Part shown: piece by piece, positions 27,013 through 35,132 of the stretch
Numbering within the stretch: the stretch's first letter is position 1
Layout of the letters: every line of letters begins with the position of its first letter
Source: Minisyncoccota bacterium
Lineage (GTDB): Bacteria; Patescibacteriota; Minisyncoccia; UBA6257; GWB1-50-10
NCBI GenBank assembly: GCA_041664385.1
Contig: JBAYKY010000002.1
Span: 1 to 50,010, forward strand
Direction: 5' to 3'
Length of the DNA stretch: 50,010 nt
Notes under the pieces: generated by a model
The model's input: the letters and a program-made list of their open reading frames with translations, nothing else
Databases searched by the model: none
Told to the model about the DNA's origin: nothing
Program-made: the position numbers and the translations under genes

Positions 27013-27046
27013 AAACCCCTGCATTATGCAGGGGTTTGTTTTTTCT
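27011..27046. terminator. bidirectional hairpin terminator
   Basis: AAACCCCTGCA/TGCAGGGGTTT with A- and T-runs on either side; contains the palindrome CCTGCATTATGCAGG (27018-32). Confidence 0.75.
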
Positions 27047-27416
27047 TTGGGCCTATGCGTCTGTGTTCTCCGGGACGTCCCGATATTTGGATGAGGCCGC
27101 ATCCCATAGGGTCGATAGTCAGGCGAGCGCACGAGCATGTAGTGATATTCGGTACATCTATCGCAATAAATTCACTGCATGTTCCGCATTGGTAATAAGC
27201 GTTTTCCGGTTTCGGATTGCATTTTTCACAAGGACGCGCGCCGTAGGCAATCGCATCTTTGTATGTGTGTACGAAAATCTTGTCCTTCGCGTCGTTGTGT
27301 AGGGGACAGTCGAGCCGTCCGAAGACGCCTTGCAAGCCCGCGATTACGAAGCATCCAGGTACTCGCGACTTCATAAATCGTCCTTGTTTCCAAATACGAT
27401 ATCGTTTCGTATTCAT
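27024..27416 (-). CDS. Cys-rich protein with an Ada-type zinc-binding-like N-terminal domain
   Basis: GRLDCPLH..x20..GARPCEKCNP resembles the Ada N-terminal Zn site (..FRPCKRCQP). Second Cys cluster CGTC..CSC..CG. GGAGG Shine-Dalgarno 5 nt upstream. GC-rich relative to neighbours. Confidence 0.6.
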   Translation of the reverse strand: MNTKRYRIWKQGRFMKSRVPGCFVIAGLQGVFGRLDCPLHNDAKDKIFVHTYKDAIAYGARPCEKCNPKPENAYYQCGTCSEFIAIDVPNITTCSCARLTIDPMGCGLIQISGRPGEHRRIGPKKKQTPA

Positions 27417-27497
27417 TTCTACCTCCGTAATGAATGAAGATTACTATCGTCAGGATATGTCTTTTATGCAAAATTGCAAGTATATCAATTAGTGTTG

Positions 27498-27531
27498 AAA
27501 ATAAAACTCCTGCATGATGCAGGAGTTATTT
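27498..27531 (-). terminator. hairpin terminator
   Basis: AACTCCTGCA/TGCAGGAGTT; contains the palindrome CCTGCATGATGCAGG (27509-23). Confidence 0.7.
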
Positions 27532-27813
27532 TAGGACATGATATTTATATCCTCTTTCGCGAATGATTTCGCGTAGTGCACATTTGTATTGTTGGACGAG
27601 CGGAGCAAGAGGTGTTGATCGTAGTTGTGTACTTCGTTTCCACCAATTTTTGATAAGTGCGTGGATTGCGGTCGAATCATAGTAGCCACAACGACAATAA
27701 TGACAAAGGAGGTAAGGAAGGTCGAGCCTCGTCCATTCGCGTTCGTCGAAGTGGGAGGATATCGCAATATCCGTTTCTTTCTTGCAGTGGGAACAGAGAT
27801 AATGAGTTTTCAT
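27526..27813 (-). CDS. small zinc-ribbon-like protein (hypothetical)
   Basis: CSHC ... CHYCRC cysteine pairs; a terminator follows directly downstream. Confidence 0.5.
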   Translation of the reverse strand: MKTHYLCSHCKKETDIAISSHFDEREWTRLDLPYLLCHYCRCGYYDSTAIHALIKNWWKRSTQLRSTPLAPLVQQYKCALREIIRERGYKYHVLK

Positions 27814-27965
27814 GTGCTACCCCATTTTCATGAAAATACTATTGTGCATCTTACACCCGCGAGAAAAGATTGCAATAAAGGCAACCTGATTTTGGCAGAG
27901 TTGTTAAAAAAAGACACAGCGAGTAGGATGGAAATAGATACTTTTCAATAATGGTGGAGTAAGTC

Positions 27966-28220
27966 ATGAAACATATTTTTATTTTGGATACATGTGTATG
28001 TACTCCAAAGGATAAAGTCACGCTTAAAGGTCTTGTCTTTCGCCATCAAAAAGAGGATTCCATCTATTTCACCGAAATATGTTGTAGTTGCAGTCGAGAG
28101 ACACGCATTCGGCAATTACAAGAGAATATGGATGAAATCTGGAAGATGGAGCAGGAGTGTAATGAATATCTTGAGGCGGAAAAAAGCGCATGGCTTCTTC
28201 GATATATCGATAAAAAATAA
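27966..28220 (+). CDS. small Cys-containing hypothetical protein
   Basis: GGTGGAG Shine-Dalgarno upstream and a terminator directly after the stop; CVC..CCSC. Confidence 0.5.
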   Translation: MKHIFILDTCVCTPKDKVTLKGLVFRHQKEDSIYFTEICCSCSRETRIRQLQENMDEIWKMEQECNEYLEAEKSAWLLRYIDKK

Positions 28221-28250
28221 CCCCGCGTATGTATCAGCGGGGTTTTTGTT
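28219..28250 (+). terminator. rho-independent terminator
   Basis: CCCCGC(28221-26)/GCGGGG(28237-42) then TTTTT. Confidence 0.75.
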
Positions 28251-28278
28251 TCTTGGGAACGTTGTATACTTAACACAT

Positions 28279-28701
28279 ATGTGGATGGTGTATGCTTTTC
28301 TTTCTGCAATTACCGCAGCACTTGTTGCAATTTTTGGTAAGCTCGGACTCAAAGGGATTGATTCCACACTTGCAACTACTATCCGCTCTTTTATTATGGC
28401 GGGATTCCTTTTGCTTACGAGTGTATTCCTCAATAAATGGAAGGGATTTTCGTTTGGTATATTGAGTGGAAGAGATTGGATACTCATTGTTCTTTCTGGG
28501 GTCGCAGGGGCACTTTCGTGGCTTTTCTACTTTTTTGCTTTGAAGTCAGGAGAGGCGGGGAAGGTGGTTGCTATTGATCGCTTAAGTATTGTATTTGTGG
28601 TTGTGCTCGCGGCACTTTTTCTTGGCGAATCATTTGGTTGGAAGACGGTTGGAGGCGCACTTCTTATGCTTGGAGGCGCACTTCTTATTACTCTTAAATA
28701 A
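28279..28701 (+). CDS. EamA/DMT-type small transporter (single EamA domain)
   Basis: Hydrophobic five-helix pattern; AGALSWLFYFFALKSGEAGKVVAIDRLSIVF. Start moved past the terminator to ATG 28279, 8 nt after TATACT. Confidence 0.7.
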   Translation: MWMVYAFLSAITAALVAIFGKLGLKGIDSTLATTIRSFIMAGFLLLTSVFLNKWKGFSFGILSGRDWILIVLSGVAGALSWLFYFFALKSGEAGKVVAIDRLSIVFVVVLAALFLGESFGWKTVGGALLMLGGALLITLK

Positions 28702-28708
28702 AATAATT

Positions 28709-28737
28709 AAAAACCGCGCATAATGCGCGGTTTTTTT
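28709..28737. terminator. bidirectional terminator between convergent genes
   Basis: AAAAACCGCGCA/TGCGCGGTTTTT. Confidence 0.8.
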
Positions 28738-28739
28738 GA

Positions 28740-29762
28740 TTACCAACCCGCTTCTTCGAGAAACTTCAGCGTTTTTTCATTGCTAAGCATTTCTTCTATA
28801 TAATTTCGAAATGCTTCTGAGTCGGTATTGGGATAATGTGCTTGTGCGTGTTGGAGTTCTTTTTCAATTTCTTTTTCATCCGCTTTGATGCCTTCTTTTC
28901 TTGCGATAGCCTTGAGGATGAACTTCATCTTTAGTTGACGTTCAATCATCTCTTTCTTTTCTTTCATATATTCCTCTTCTGTTTTTTTTATAATCTTGAA
29001 ATATTCTTCTTCACCCATTTTCCGTTTCTCAAGTTCTTGATGGAGTCGGCGGTGTGCGGTGTGAAGTTCATCCTCAATCATAAGAGAAGGGAGAATGAGT
29101 TTTGTTTCTTTCACGAGCTCCTGAGCGATTTGCTCATAACTTAAGCGTTGTGATTCAACCTCTTTTTCCTTTGTGATATTTTCCCGCATCTTGATCTTAA
29201 AGTCGGCAACATTTTCAAAAGGACCAAATGTTTTTACAAGTTCATCGGTAAGTTCTGGTACTTTTCCTTTCTCATCAATACGCATAGTAAGGATCTCTTT
29301 GATGATATCGTCCACATCCTTATCCGTTGCTTTTTCTACTACTTTTTTCTCTTTGATTGCTTTCGCAATTTTTTTGTAGTTAGGAAGTGAGATTTCTGGC
29401 TCAATGGCAACTGATATTTTAAATTCGAGTGCAGACCCTTCTGCAAGTTTTACAAAAGTAATGCGCGGAGAGCTTAATGGCTCAACATTGTTGTCGTGGA
29501 GGATATGTGGATAGGCGACATTGAGCGCCTCTTCAGCAGCATCTTCGAGGATGTGATTCATATTTACCTGCTTTAACACAATAGCTTCGGGTACATTTCC
29601 CTTGCGAAATCCCTGGACCTCAATTTCTTGGGATATTTCACGAAGTATCTCTTTGCGATGCAATTCCATAGTAGGCGCAGGAATTTCTCCCTCAATCTCA
29701 ACTACCGAATCTTTTGGTTTCCCCACTTTTATATTGGTATACAATAATTTGGTTTCTTCCAT
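28740..29762 (-). CDS. tig: trigger factor lacking the PPIase domain
   Basis: Ribosome-binding signature GFRKGNVP in the N-terminal domain, and a C-terminal arm domain. 340 aa. Confidence 0.8.
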   Translation of the reverse strand: MEETKLLYTNIKVGKPKDSVVEIEGEIPAPTMELHRKEILREISQEIEVQGFRKGNVPEAIVLKQVNMNHILEDAAEEALNVAYPHILHDNNVEPLSSPRITFVKLAEGSALEFKISVAIEPEISLPNYKKIAKAIKEKKVVEKATDKDVDDIIKEILTMRIDEKGKVPELTDELVKTFGPFENVADFKIKMRENITKEKEVESQRLSYEQIAQELVKETKLILPSLMIEDELHTAHRRLHQELEKRKMGEEEYFKIIKKTEEEYMKEKKEMIERQLKMKFILKAIARKEGIKADEKEIEKELQHAQAHYPNTDSEAFRNYIEEMLSNEKTLKFLEEAGW

Positions 29763-29849
29763 AGTGTTGCTACTTTACTATATGGTTTTTTACTTCGCAA
29801 GCATTATATATTTTATCGTTCTTCGCTATAATAGACATAGTTATTGCAT

Positions 29850-31049
29850 ATGCTTATTGAACGAACCCAATTTCATTTTTTTGGAAAAACAGAACTAAAC
29901 GCCCTTTATGCGACACTTGGGCTTATCTATTTTGGCGAGAGTTTAGTAAGTGTGTTTGTGCCTGTTTATTTATGGAAACTCGAATTTCCTCTATGGCAGA
30001 TTCTTTTCTTTTACTTCCTTAATTCCTTATTTTTTGTACTCCTCACTTTTCTTGCGTTGCCTTGGCTTCGAAAGTTGAGTGATAAGATGATGATGTTTCT
30101 TAGTATTCCATTTCTTGTTGTTTATTTTCTTGTATTAAAGCTGATTTCTGATGTGCCAATTATGTTCTATGTGGCCCCGTTTCTTCTTGCGTGCAGTGGT
30201 TTGTTATTTAATGTGGGGTACAACCTCGATTTTTCAAAGGCAACCGATGACAAGAAGCTAGGACGCGAGGTAGGGACGCGTTATACCGTTGGAGCATTAA
30301 CTCAATTTGCGGCCCCATTTCTCGGCGGCGTTCTTATTGCTTTTATTGGATTTTCTGGCACTTTTTTTGTGGCAGCGGTTGTTCTTTTTATTGCGGTATT
30401 TCCTCTTTTCTTTTTCCCTCATCATCATCTTCCTCTCAATCTTGAGAGAAAGGCCCTTGTTTCATTTCTTGAACATCCAAAACTTCTTACACTTAATTTG
30501 GCATGTGCCGGATATGCTATGGAAACGACGGTAGGACGAGTAATTTGGCCTTTCTTTATTTTTATTACTATAGGAGGCGTTGAAAATCTCGGTGGGGTGG
30601 TGTCGGCTGGACTCTTAGCGTCTGCGCTTGCCACCTATTTTGTAGGTTTTCTTTCTGATGGGGGCAGACGAAGAAAAGCACTTGCGTGGACTACAAGTCT
30701 TTTTTCGCTTGTATGGGTTTTGCGCCTTTTTTTTAAAAGTGTGCCGGCAGTGGTAGGGAGCAATGTTGGAGGGAATGTCATAAATGCGGCACTTATGGTG
30801 GCGTTTTCAAGTCAGTTGTATAAGATTACCCGTCTTGCTCCAAACCCAAGCCTTTTTATATTGAGTCGTGAGGTGCTCTATCAACTTGCGCGCGTGTTTT
30901 TCTTGCCGGTGCTTATGCTTCTTGCGTTTGTGCTTCCTATGGATATTTTCTTTTTGATAAGTTTTGGAATGGCTGCTATTCTCGCGCTTTCTTTTCTTTT
31001 TGCAAATAAATTTCATTCTCATATGATTGAAGAAACACGCATGCTATGA
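29850..31049 (+). CDS. MFS-type transporter
   Basis: About 12 hydrophobic helices. The listed start 29844 is TTG; the ATG at 29850 is preferred. Confidence 0.7.
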   Translation: MLIERTQFHFFGKTELNALYATLGLIYFGESLVSVFVPVYLWKLEFPLWQILFFYFLNSLFFVLLTFLALPWLRKLSDKMMMFLSIPFLVVYFLVLKLISDVPIMFYVAPFLLACSGLLFNVGYNLDFSKATDDKKLGREVGTRYTVGALTQFAAPFLGGVLIAFIGFSGTFFVAAVVLFIAVFPLFFFPHHHLPLNLERKALVSFLEHPKLLTLNLACAGYAMETTVGRVIWPFFIFITIGGVENLGGVVSAGLLASALATYFVGFLSDGGRRRKALAWTTSLFSLVWVLRLFFKSVPAVVGSNVGGNVINAALMVAFSSQLYKITRLAPNPSLFILSREVLYQLARVFFLPVLMLLAFVLPMDIFFLISFGMAAILALSFLFANKFHSHMIEETRML

Positions 31050-32215
31050 ATAAGAAAAAAAACGAACAAACACTTTTCGAGGAGAAGCCACTTACGGTTT
31101 CTGAGTATATTGAACTTCTAAATACCGCACTCGCACGTGAGGAGGTGCGTCTGGTGGGTGAGGCGGCGGAGATAAAATCATATCCTTCAGGCCATGTTTA
31201 TTTTTCTCTCAAAGATGAAAAAGCAAACGCAGTTATGAATTGTGTTATATGGAAAGGAAATTATGCGCGCTGTGGTGTGGTAATTGAAGCGGGGATGCGA
31301 GTCGTGCTTACGGGAATACCGAGTGTGTATGCACCAACAGGAAGGTTTTCATTTGTAGCAAGTATGGTGGAATTGCAGGGAGAGGGTGCTCTTAAAAAGG
31401 CATATGATGAATTAAAGAAAAAACTTGAGAGTGAGGGGCTTTTTGCAGTAGAGCGAAAGCGAGCACTTCCAGAATTACCGCATCGTATAGGGGTCGTGAC
31501 TTCTCGCGAAGGCGCAGTGATTCACGATTTTATTAATAATCTTGGTCACTTCGGATTTGAGGTAAGTTTGGTAGATTCACGCGTGGAGGGACAGCAGGCA
31601 GTAACGCCACTCCTTCAAGCAATTCGCACGTTAAAGAAAAAAGACATCGAAGCGCTTGTAGTTATTCGTGGTGGAGGCTCATTTGAATCGCTTCAAGCGT
31701 TTAATAATGAGATGCTAGTACGAGAACTCGTCAATTTTCCTGTTCCTGTGATCGCGGGTATTGGGCACGATAAAGATGTACCACTTGCGGCGCTTGTTGC
31801 TGATTATATGGTTTCCACACCGACCGCAGCGGCACACCTTTTAAACGAATCGTGGGAAGGGGCATATGCAAAGATTCATCAAGTGCCTCATCTTCTTGCG
31901 CGTATTAAGCGCGAATTTGAAAGGATTCAAACAGATTTTAAAGTGGCCGAAGATGCCATGTTTGCGCACATTGAGGGAGGAATAGAATCGTTGCGACAAG
32001 TGTTGCACAATGCAGAGCAAGTAATTGCGCTGAATGATCCGGTGCGACAGCTGCGGCTAGGGTATGCGATTGTACGCAAAGAGGGAAAGATTGCAAAAAC
32101 AATAAGAGATTTTTCAATTACAGAACGGGCGAGTATTCAAGTGAGTGACGGTATACTGCTTGCGCGCGTGGAAGAAAAAAGCGAATATAAGAATCATGGC
32201 AACAAAGGAAAATAA
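31046..32215 (+). CDS. xseA: exodeoxyribonuclease VII large subunit
   Basis: OB-fold N-terminus (GHVYFSLKD) and catalytic core GVVTSREGAVIHDF..IRGGGS; followed by xseB. Confidence 0.9.
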   Translation: MNKKKNEQTLFEEKPLTVSEYIELLNTALAREEVRLVGEAAEIKSYPSGHVYFSLKDEKANAVMNCVIWKGNYARCGVVIEAGMRVVLTGIPSVYAPTGRFSFVASMVELQGEGALKKAYDELKKKLESEGLFAVERKRALPELPHRIGVVTSREGAVIHDFINNLGHFGFEVSLVDSRVEGQQAVTPLLQAIRTLKKKDIEALVVIRGGGSFESLQAFNNEMLVRELVNFPVPVIAGIGHDKDVPLAALVADYMVSTPTAAAHLLNESWEGAYAKIHQVPHLLARIKREFERIQTDFKVAEDAMFAHIEGGIESLRQVLHNAEQVIALNDPVRQLRLGYAIVRKEGKIAKTIRDFSITERASIQVSDGILLARVEEKSEYKNHGNKGK

Positions 32216-32402
32216 AAGTTTTAAACAGCAAATGGAGGAATTGAGCAAAATTCTTGCTTGGTTTGACGCAAGCGAAGAGCTTGACGTAGAAGCAGCCCTT
32301 AAAAAAGTGAAGCAGGCGGCTGACCTTATTCAGGCAAGTAAAAAGCGTCTTGCAGAAGTTGAGAACGAGTTTAAGGAGATAAAGAAGGAAATTGAAGAGT
32401 AG
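32196..32402 (+). CDS. xseB: exodeoxyribonuclease VII small subunit
   Basis: MATKENKSFKQQMEELSKILAWFD.. helical hairpin. Internal ATG; overlaps xseA by 20 nt. Confidence 0.85.
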   Translation: MATKENKSFKQQMEELSKILAWFDASEELDVEAALKKVKQAADLIQASKKRLAEVENEFKEIKKEIEE

Positions 32403-32593
32403 GGTGATGTGGCCGCTATTGCTTTTTTTATTTGATATGGTATAGTAGGCGCGTAAGTAGGTTTCTCAGTTGGTGTTTCCCTTAGCCTGTATAGTGTTTA
32501 AGGATGTATTACGAAGAGCGAAAGAGCACTTCGGAGTACGAGCCAAGGTGAGTGGTCGCCCTACAAGCAAGAAACACACATACACAAACGTAC

Positions 32594-32902
32594 ATGGCAA
32601 AGAGATTATATGTGGGAGGATTGCCGTATTCAACCACGGATGCCGAATTGAAAGAGGCTTTCGAAAAGGTGATACCGGTTCAATCTGCTTCAATCATCAT
32701 CGACAAAATGTCGGGACGATCACGCGGATTCGGTTTCGTAGAGGTAGTAAACGACAATGATGTCGAGAAAGCTATCGAAACGATGAATGGCAAGGAATTC
32801 GGCGGACGCACACTCACGGTAAACGAGGCGCGCCCAATGGAATCCAGAGATTCCCGACCTCGTGGAGGTTCAGGTTTTGGCGGAGGAAGGAGAGATTACT
32901 AA
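32594..32902 (+). CDS. RRM-type RNA-binding protein with Gly/Arg tail
   Basis: RNP2 LYVGGL, RNP1 RGFGFVEV, C-terminal RGGSGFGGGRR. Confidence 0.9.
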   Translation: MAKRLYVGGLPYSTTDAELKEAFEKVIPVQSASIIIDKMSGRSRGFGFVEVVNDNDVEKAIETMNGKEFGGRTLTVNEARPMESRDSRPRGGSGFGGGRRDY

Positions 32903-32916
32903 TTCCCCAAACTACA

Positions 32917-32950
32917 AAAAATCCCGTCGAAAGGCGGGGTTTTTGTTTTG
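32917..32950 (+). terminator. rho-independent terminator
   Basis: CCCGTC/GGCGGG stem then TTTTTGTTTT. Confidence 0.7.
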
Positions 32951-32978
32951 CAGAACGATGCTACAATAGAGAAGAAAT

Positions 32979-33737
32979 ATGGGAAAATTCTATCGTGGCA
33001 CAAGGGTGCGTAATGTGTTCAATCCAAACTCAAAAGAACCATTTCGTATTAGTCGCTCAAAGATTGATGATTTTTTGAATTGCCCTCGTTGTTTTTATCT
33101 TGATAGGCGTCTTGGTGTAGGAAAACCGCCTTCGTTTCCCTTTAATTTAAATAATGCAGTTGATACACTTTTAAAAAAAGAATTTGATATTCATCGCGCA
33201 AAACAGACTGCGCATCCGCTTATGAAGGCGTATGGCATTGATGCGGTTCCTTATGAACATGAAAAAATAGAGGAATGGAGAGATGCTCTTCGACGTGGGG
33301 TGCAATGTCTTCATGCGCCAACCAATCTTTTAATTACCGGAGGGGTAGATGACGTGTGGGTGAATCCGAAGGGCGAGCTTATCATCGCGGACTATAAAGC
33401 GACTTCAAAAGAAACAGAAGTGAACCTTGATGCTGAGTGGCAGATTGGATACAAGCGGCAGATGGAGGTGTATCAATGGCTTTTTAGACAAAACGGATTC
33501 AATGTCCAAAATGTAGGATATTTTGTGTATTGCAATGGTACCACCGACAGAGAAGCTTTTGATGGAAAACTTGAATTTGATATAACTCTTTTGCCGTACA
33601 AAGGAAATGATACGTGGGTAGAACCCACCCTCTTTCGTATTCATGAATGTCTTATGAGTGATGAGATGCCATTCTCAGGACCTGAGTGTGATCTATGTGA
33701 ATATCGAATTGCGGCACGTGATGCAGAAGAGAAATAG
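32979..33737 (+). CDS. stand-alone PD-(D/E)XK nuclease of the Cas4/RecB-like type with four Cys
   Basis: CPRCFY near the N-terminus, GGVDDV..IIADYK (D..D/E-x-K), QMEVYQWLF (QxxxY), C-terminal CDLC. Confidence 0.7.
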   Translation: MGKFYRGTRVRNVFNPNSKEPFRISRSKIDDFLNCPRCFYLDRRLGVGKPPSFPFNLNNAVDTLLKKEFDIHRAKQTAHPLMKAYGIDAVPYEHEKIEEWRDALRRGVQCLHAPTNLLITGGVDDVWVNPKGELIIADYKATSKETEVNLDAEWQIGYKRQMEVYQWLFRQNGFNVQNVGYFVYCNGTTDREAFDGKLEFDITLLPYKGNDTWVEPTLFRIHECLMSDEMPFSGPECDLCEYRIAARDAEEK

Positions 33738-33742
33738 CAAAT

Positions 33743-34459
33743 ATGGATATTTTGGATTTAGAAAAAAATACGCTCGCATTTGATTATTTTTGGTATAAAG
33801 CGAGGAGGAATTTAATTAGTGTTATTTTTTCGAAATACGACATAAAAAATATGTCGATTTTGGAGGTTGGTTGTGGAGCGGGGAGTCAATTAGAAAGTTT
33901 GTCTAGGAATAATAATAACGTCGTTGGTTCTGATATTAATCACAAAGCGTTAGCCGAGGAAGAAAAGAGAGGATTTTCTGTGTTTTATCAGGATATAGAA
34001 GAGCGAGTAACGAAGGGTGAACAATATGATGTGGTGTGTGCATTTGATGTTCTTGAACATATCAAAAATGACGAGGTAGCGATTCAAAATATATATGCAC
34101 TATTGAAACCGAATGGTCTTTTTGTTTTTACCGTTCCCACATTTCAGTTTTTATTTAGTGGTCATGACAATTATTTGCAACACTATCGAAGATATGCAAA
34201 AAGAGAAATAGTGCAAAAACTTTTAAAGAATGATTTTGAAATAGTAGAGCTCAATTATTGGAATTTCATTTTGTTTCCTCTTATGGCAGTGAAAAGACTA
34301 CTTTCTAAGCATAAATATCCCAAGTCCGATGTGGATAATCTTCCAAAGCCGCTTAATCAATTGTTATATGGCATTTTGCTATTTGAAAACAAACTTATTG
34401 AAAAAGGTGTACAACTTCCTTTTGGGTTGAGTGTAATAGGCGTTGCAAAAAAGAGATAG
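33743..34459 (+). CDS. class I SAM-dependent methyltransferase
   Basis: ILEVGCGAGSQL and FDVLEHI. Confidence 0.8.
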   Translation: MDILDLEKNTLAFDYFWYKARRNLISVIFSKYDIKNMSILEVGCGAGSQLESLSRNNNNVVGSDINHKALAEEEKRGFSVFYQDIEERVTKGEQYDVVCAFDVLEHIKNDEVAIQNIYALLKPNGLFVFTVPTFQFLFSGHDNYLQHYRRYAKREIVQKLLKNDFEIVELNYWNFILFPLMAVKRLLSKHKYPKSDVDNLPKPLNQLLYGILLFENKLIEKGVQLPFGLSVIGVAKKR

Positions 34460-34477
34460 GATTTTATTAAGGAAATT

Positions 34478-34486
34478 TGGTATTCT
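34478..34486 (+). promoter_or_regulatory. extended -10 box TGgTATTCT, 6 nt before ATG 34493
   Basis: TG-n-TATTCT at 34478-86, spacer atatgt, ATG at 34493. Confidence 0.4.
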
Positions 34487-34492
34487 ATATGT

Positions 34493-34732
34493 ATGACGAA
34501 TCAATTAGTGTTTAGTCCTTCGCAGTGGGCGCTTTTGGGGATTGCACTTGCGTGGACATTTGCTTGGAAAGGGTTCGCACTTTGGAAAGCCGCAAGAAAA
34601 AGTGATAAGTGGTGGTTCATTGCGATGATATTACCAATTAATACACTCGGTATTCTCGAAATTTTTTACATTTTCTTTTTTAGCGAGAAAAAAAATATAA
34701 AGAAGGGCCCAAAGGAGGAAGTGAAAGAGTAA
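34493..34732 (+). CDS. small two-TM membrane protein (DUF5652-like)
   Basis: WKGFALWKAARKSDKWWFIAMILPINTLGILEIFYIFFF. Confidence 0.65.
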   Translation: MTNQLVFSPSQWALLGIALAWTFAWKGFALWKAARKSDKWWFIAMILPINTLGILEIFYIFFFSEKKNIKKGPKEEVKE

Positions 34733-34911
34733 AAAAATATATTTTTCTTTTTTCTGTTGAGTTTTCCACAGGCACTGTCCATTGCAACAGTGTATACTAA
34801 GTACAGATGAGCAATTGTGAAATCCGGAAATCACAATGCGTGAGAGCGTGAAAGAAAATACGCTCCATATTCTCGAAAGGTCGAATACTAAAAAGAATTT
34901 TTATTCTCTCT

Positions 34912-35004
34912 ATGGCAAAAAAAGTAAAAAAGGCAGCAAAGAAAGCAAAGCCGAAGTCAAAACCGAAAGCAAAGAAAGCTGCTAAGAAAGGAAAGAGAAA
35001 GTAA
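34912..35004 (+). CDS. 30-aa lysine-rich micro-protein (MAKKVKKAAKKAKPKSKPKAKKAAKKGKRK), not in the ORF track
   Basis: ATG..TAA read by hand. The stop lies 5 nt before a strong terminator. No Shine-Dalgarno, so translation is unproven. Confidence 0.35.
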   Translation: MAKKVKKAAKKAKPKSKPKAKKAAKKGKRK

Positions 35005-35009
35005 TCACT

Positions 35010-35044
35010 AAAATTCCCCCGCGTACGCGAGGGAATTTTTATTT
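35010..35044 (+). terminator. rho-independent terminator
   Basis: AAATTCCC..CGCG-TA-CGCG..GGGAATTT then TTT. Confidence 0.8.
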
Positions 35045-35132
35045 GCCCTGTAAGTCATGCCTTTTTGACTCATAAAAATGAGGAGGTAATGAATTTGCTT
35101 GAACTCTTGATTTTCTGGTACAATCGGCTCAT

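Noticed and set aside
27994-28278. N-terminal 95 aa of ORF 27994..28701
   Set aside because: It overlaps the 27966-28220 gene in another frame and runs through the terminator at 28219-50. The hydrophobic EamA domain begins at ATG 28279.
32979-34459. Restriction-modification pair (PD-(D/E)XK nuclease plus methyltransferase)
   Set aside because: The methyltransferase shows small-molecule/Methyltransf_23-like motifs (FDVLEHI) and no DPPY/NPPY or cytosine-C5 motifs. The nuclease is Cas4/RecB-like rather than a restriction-enzyme type.
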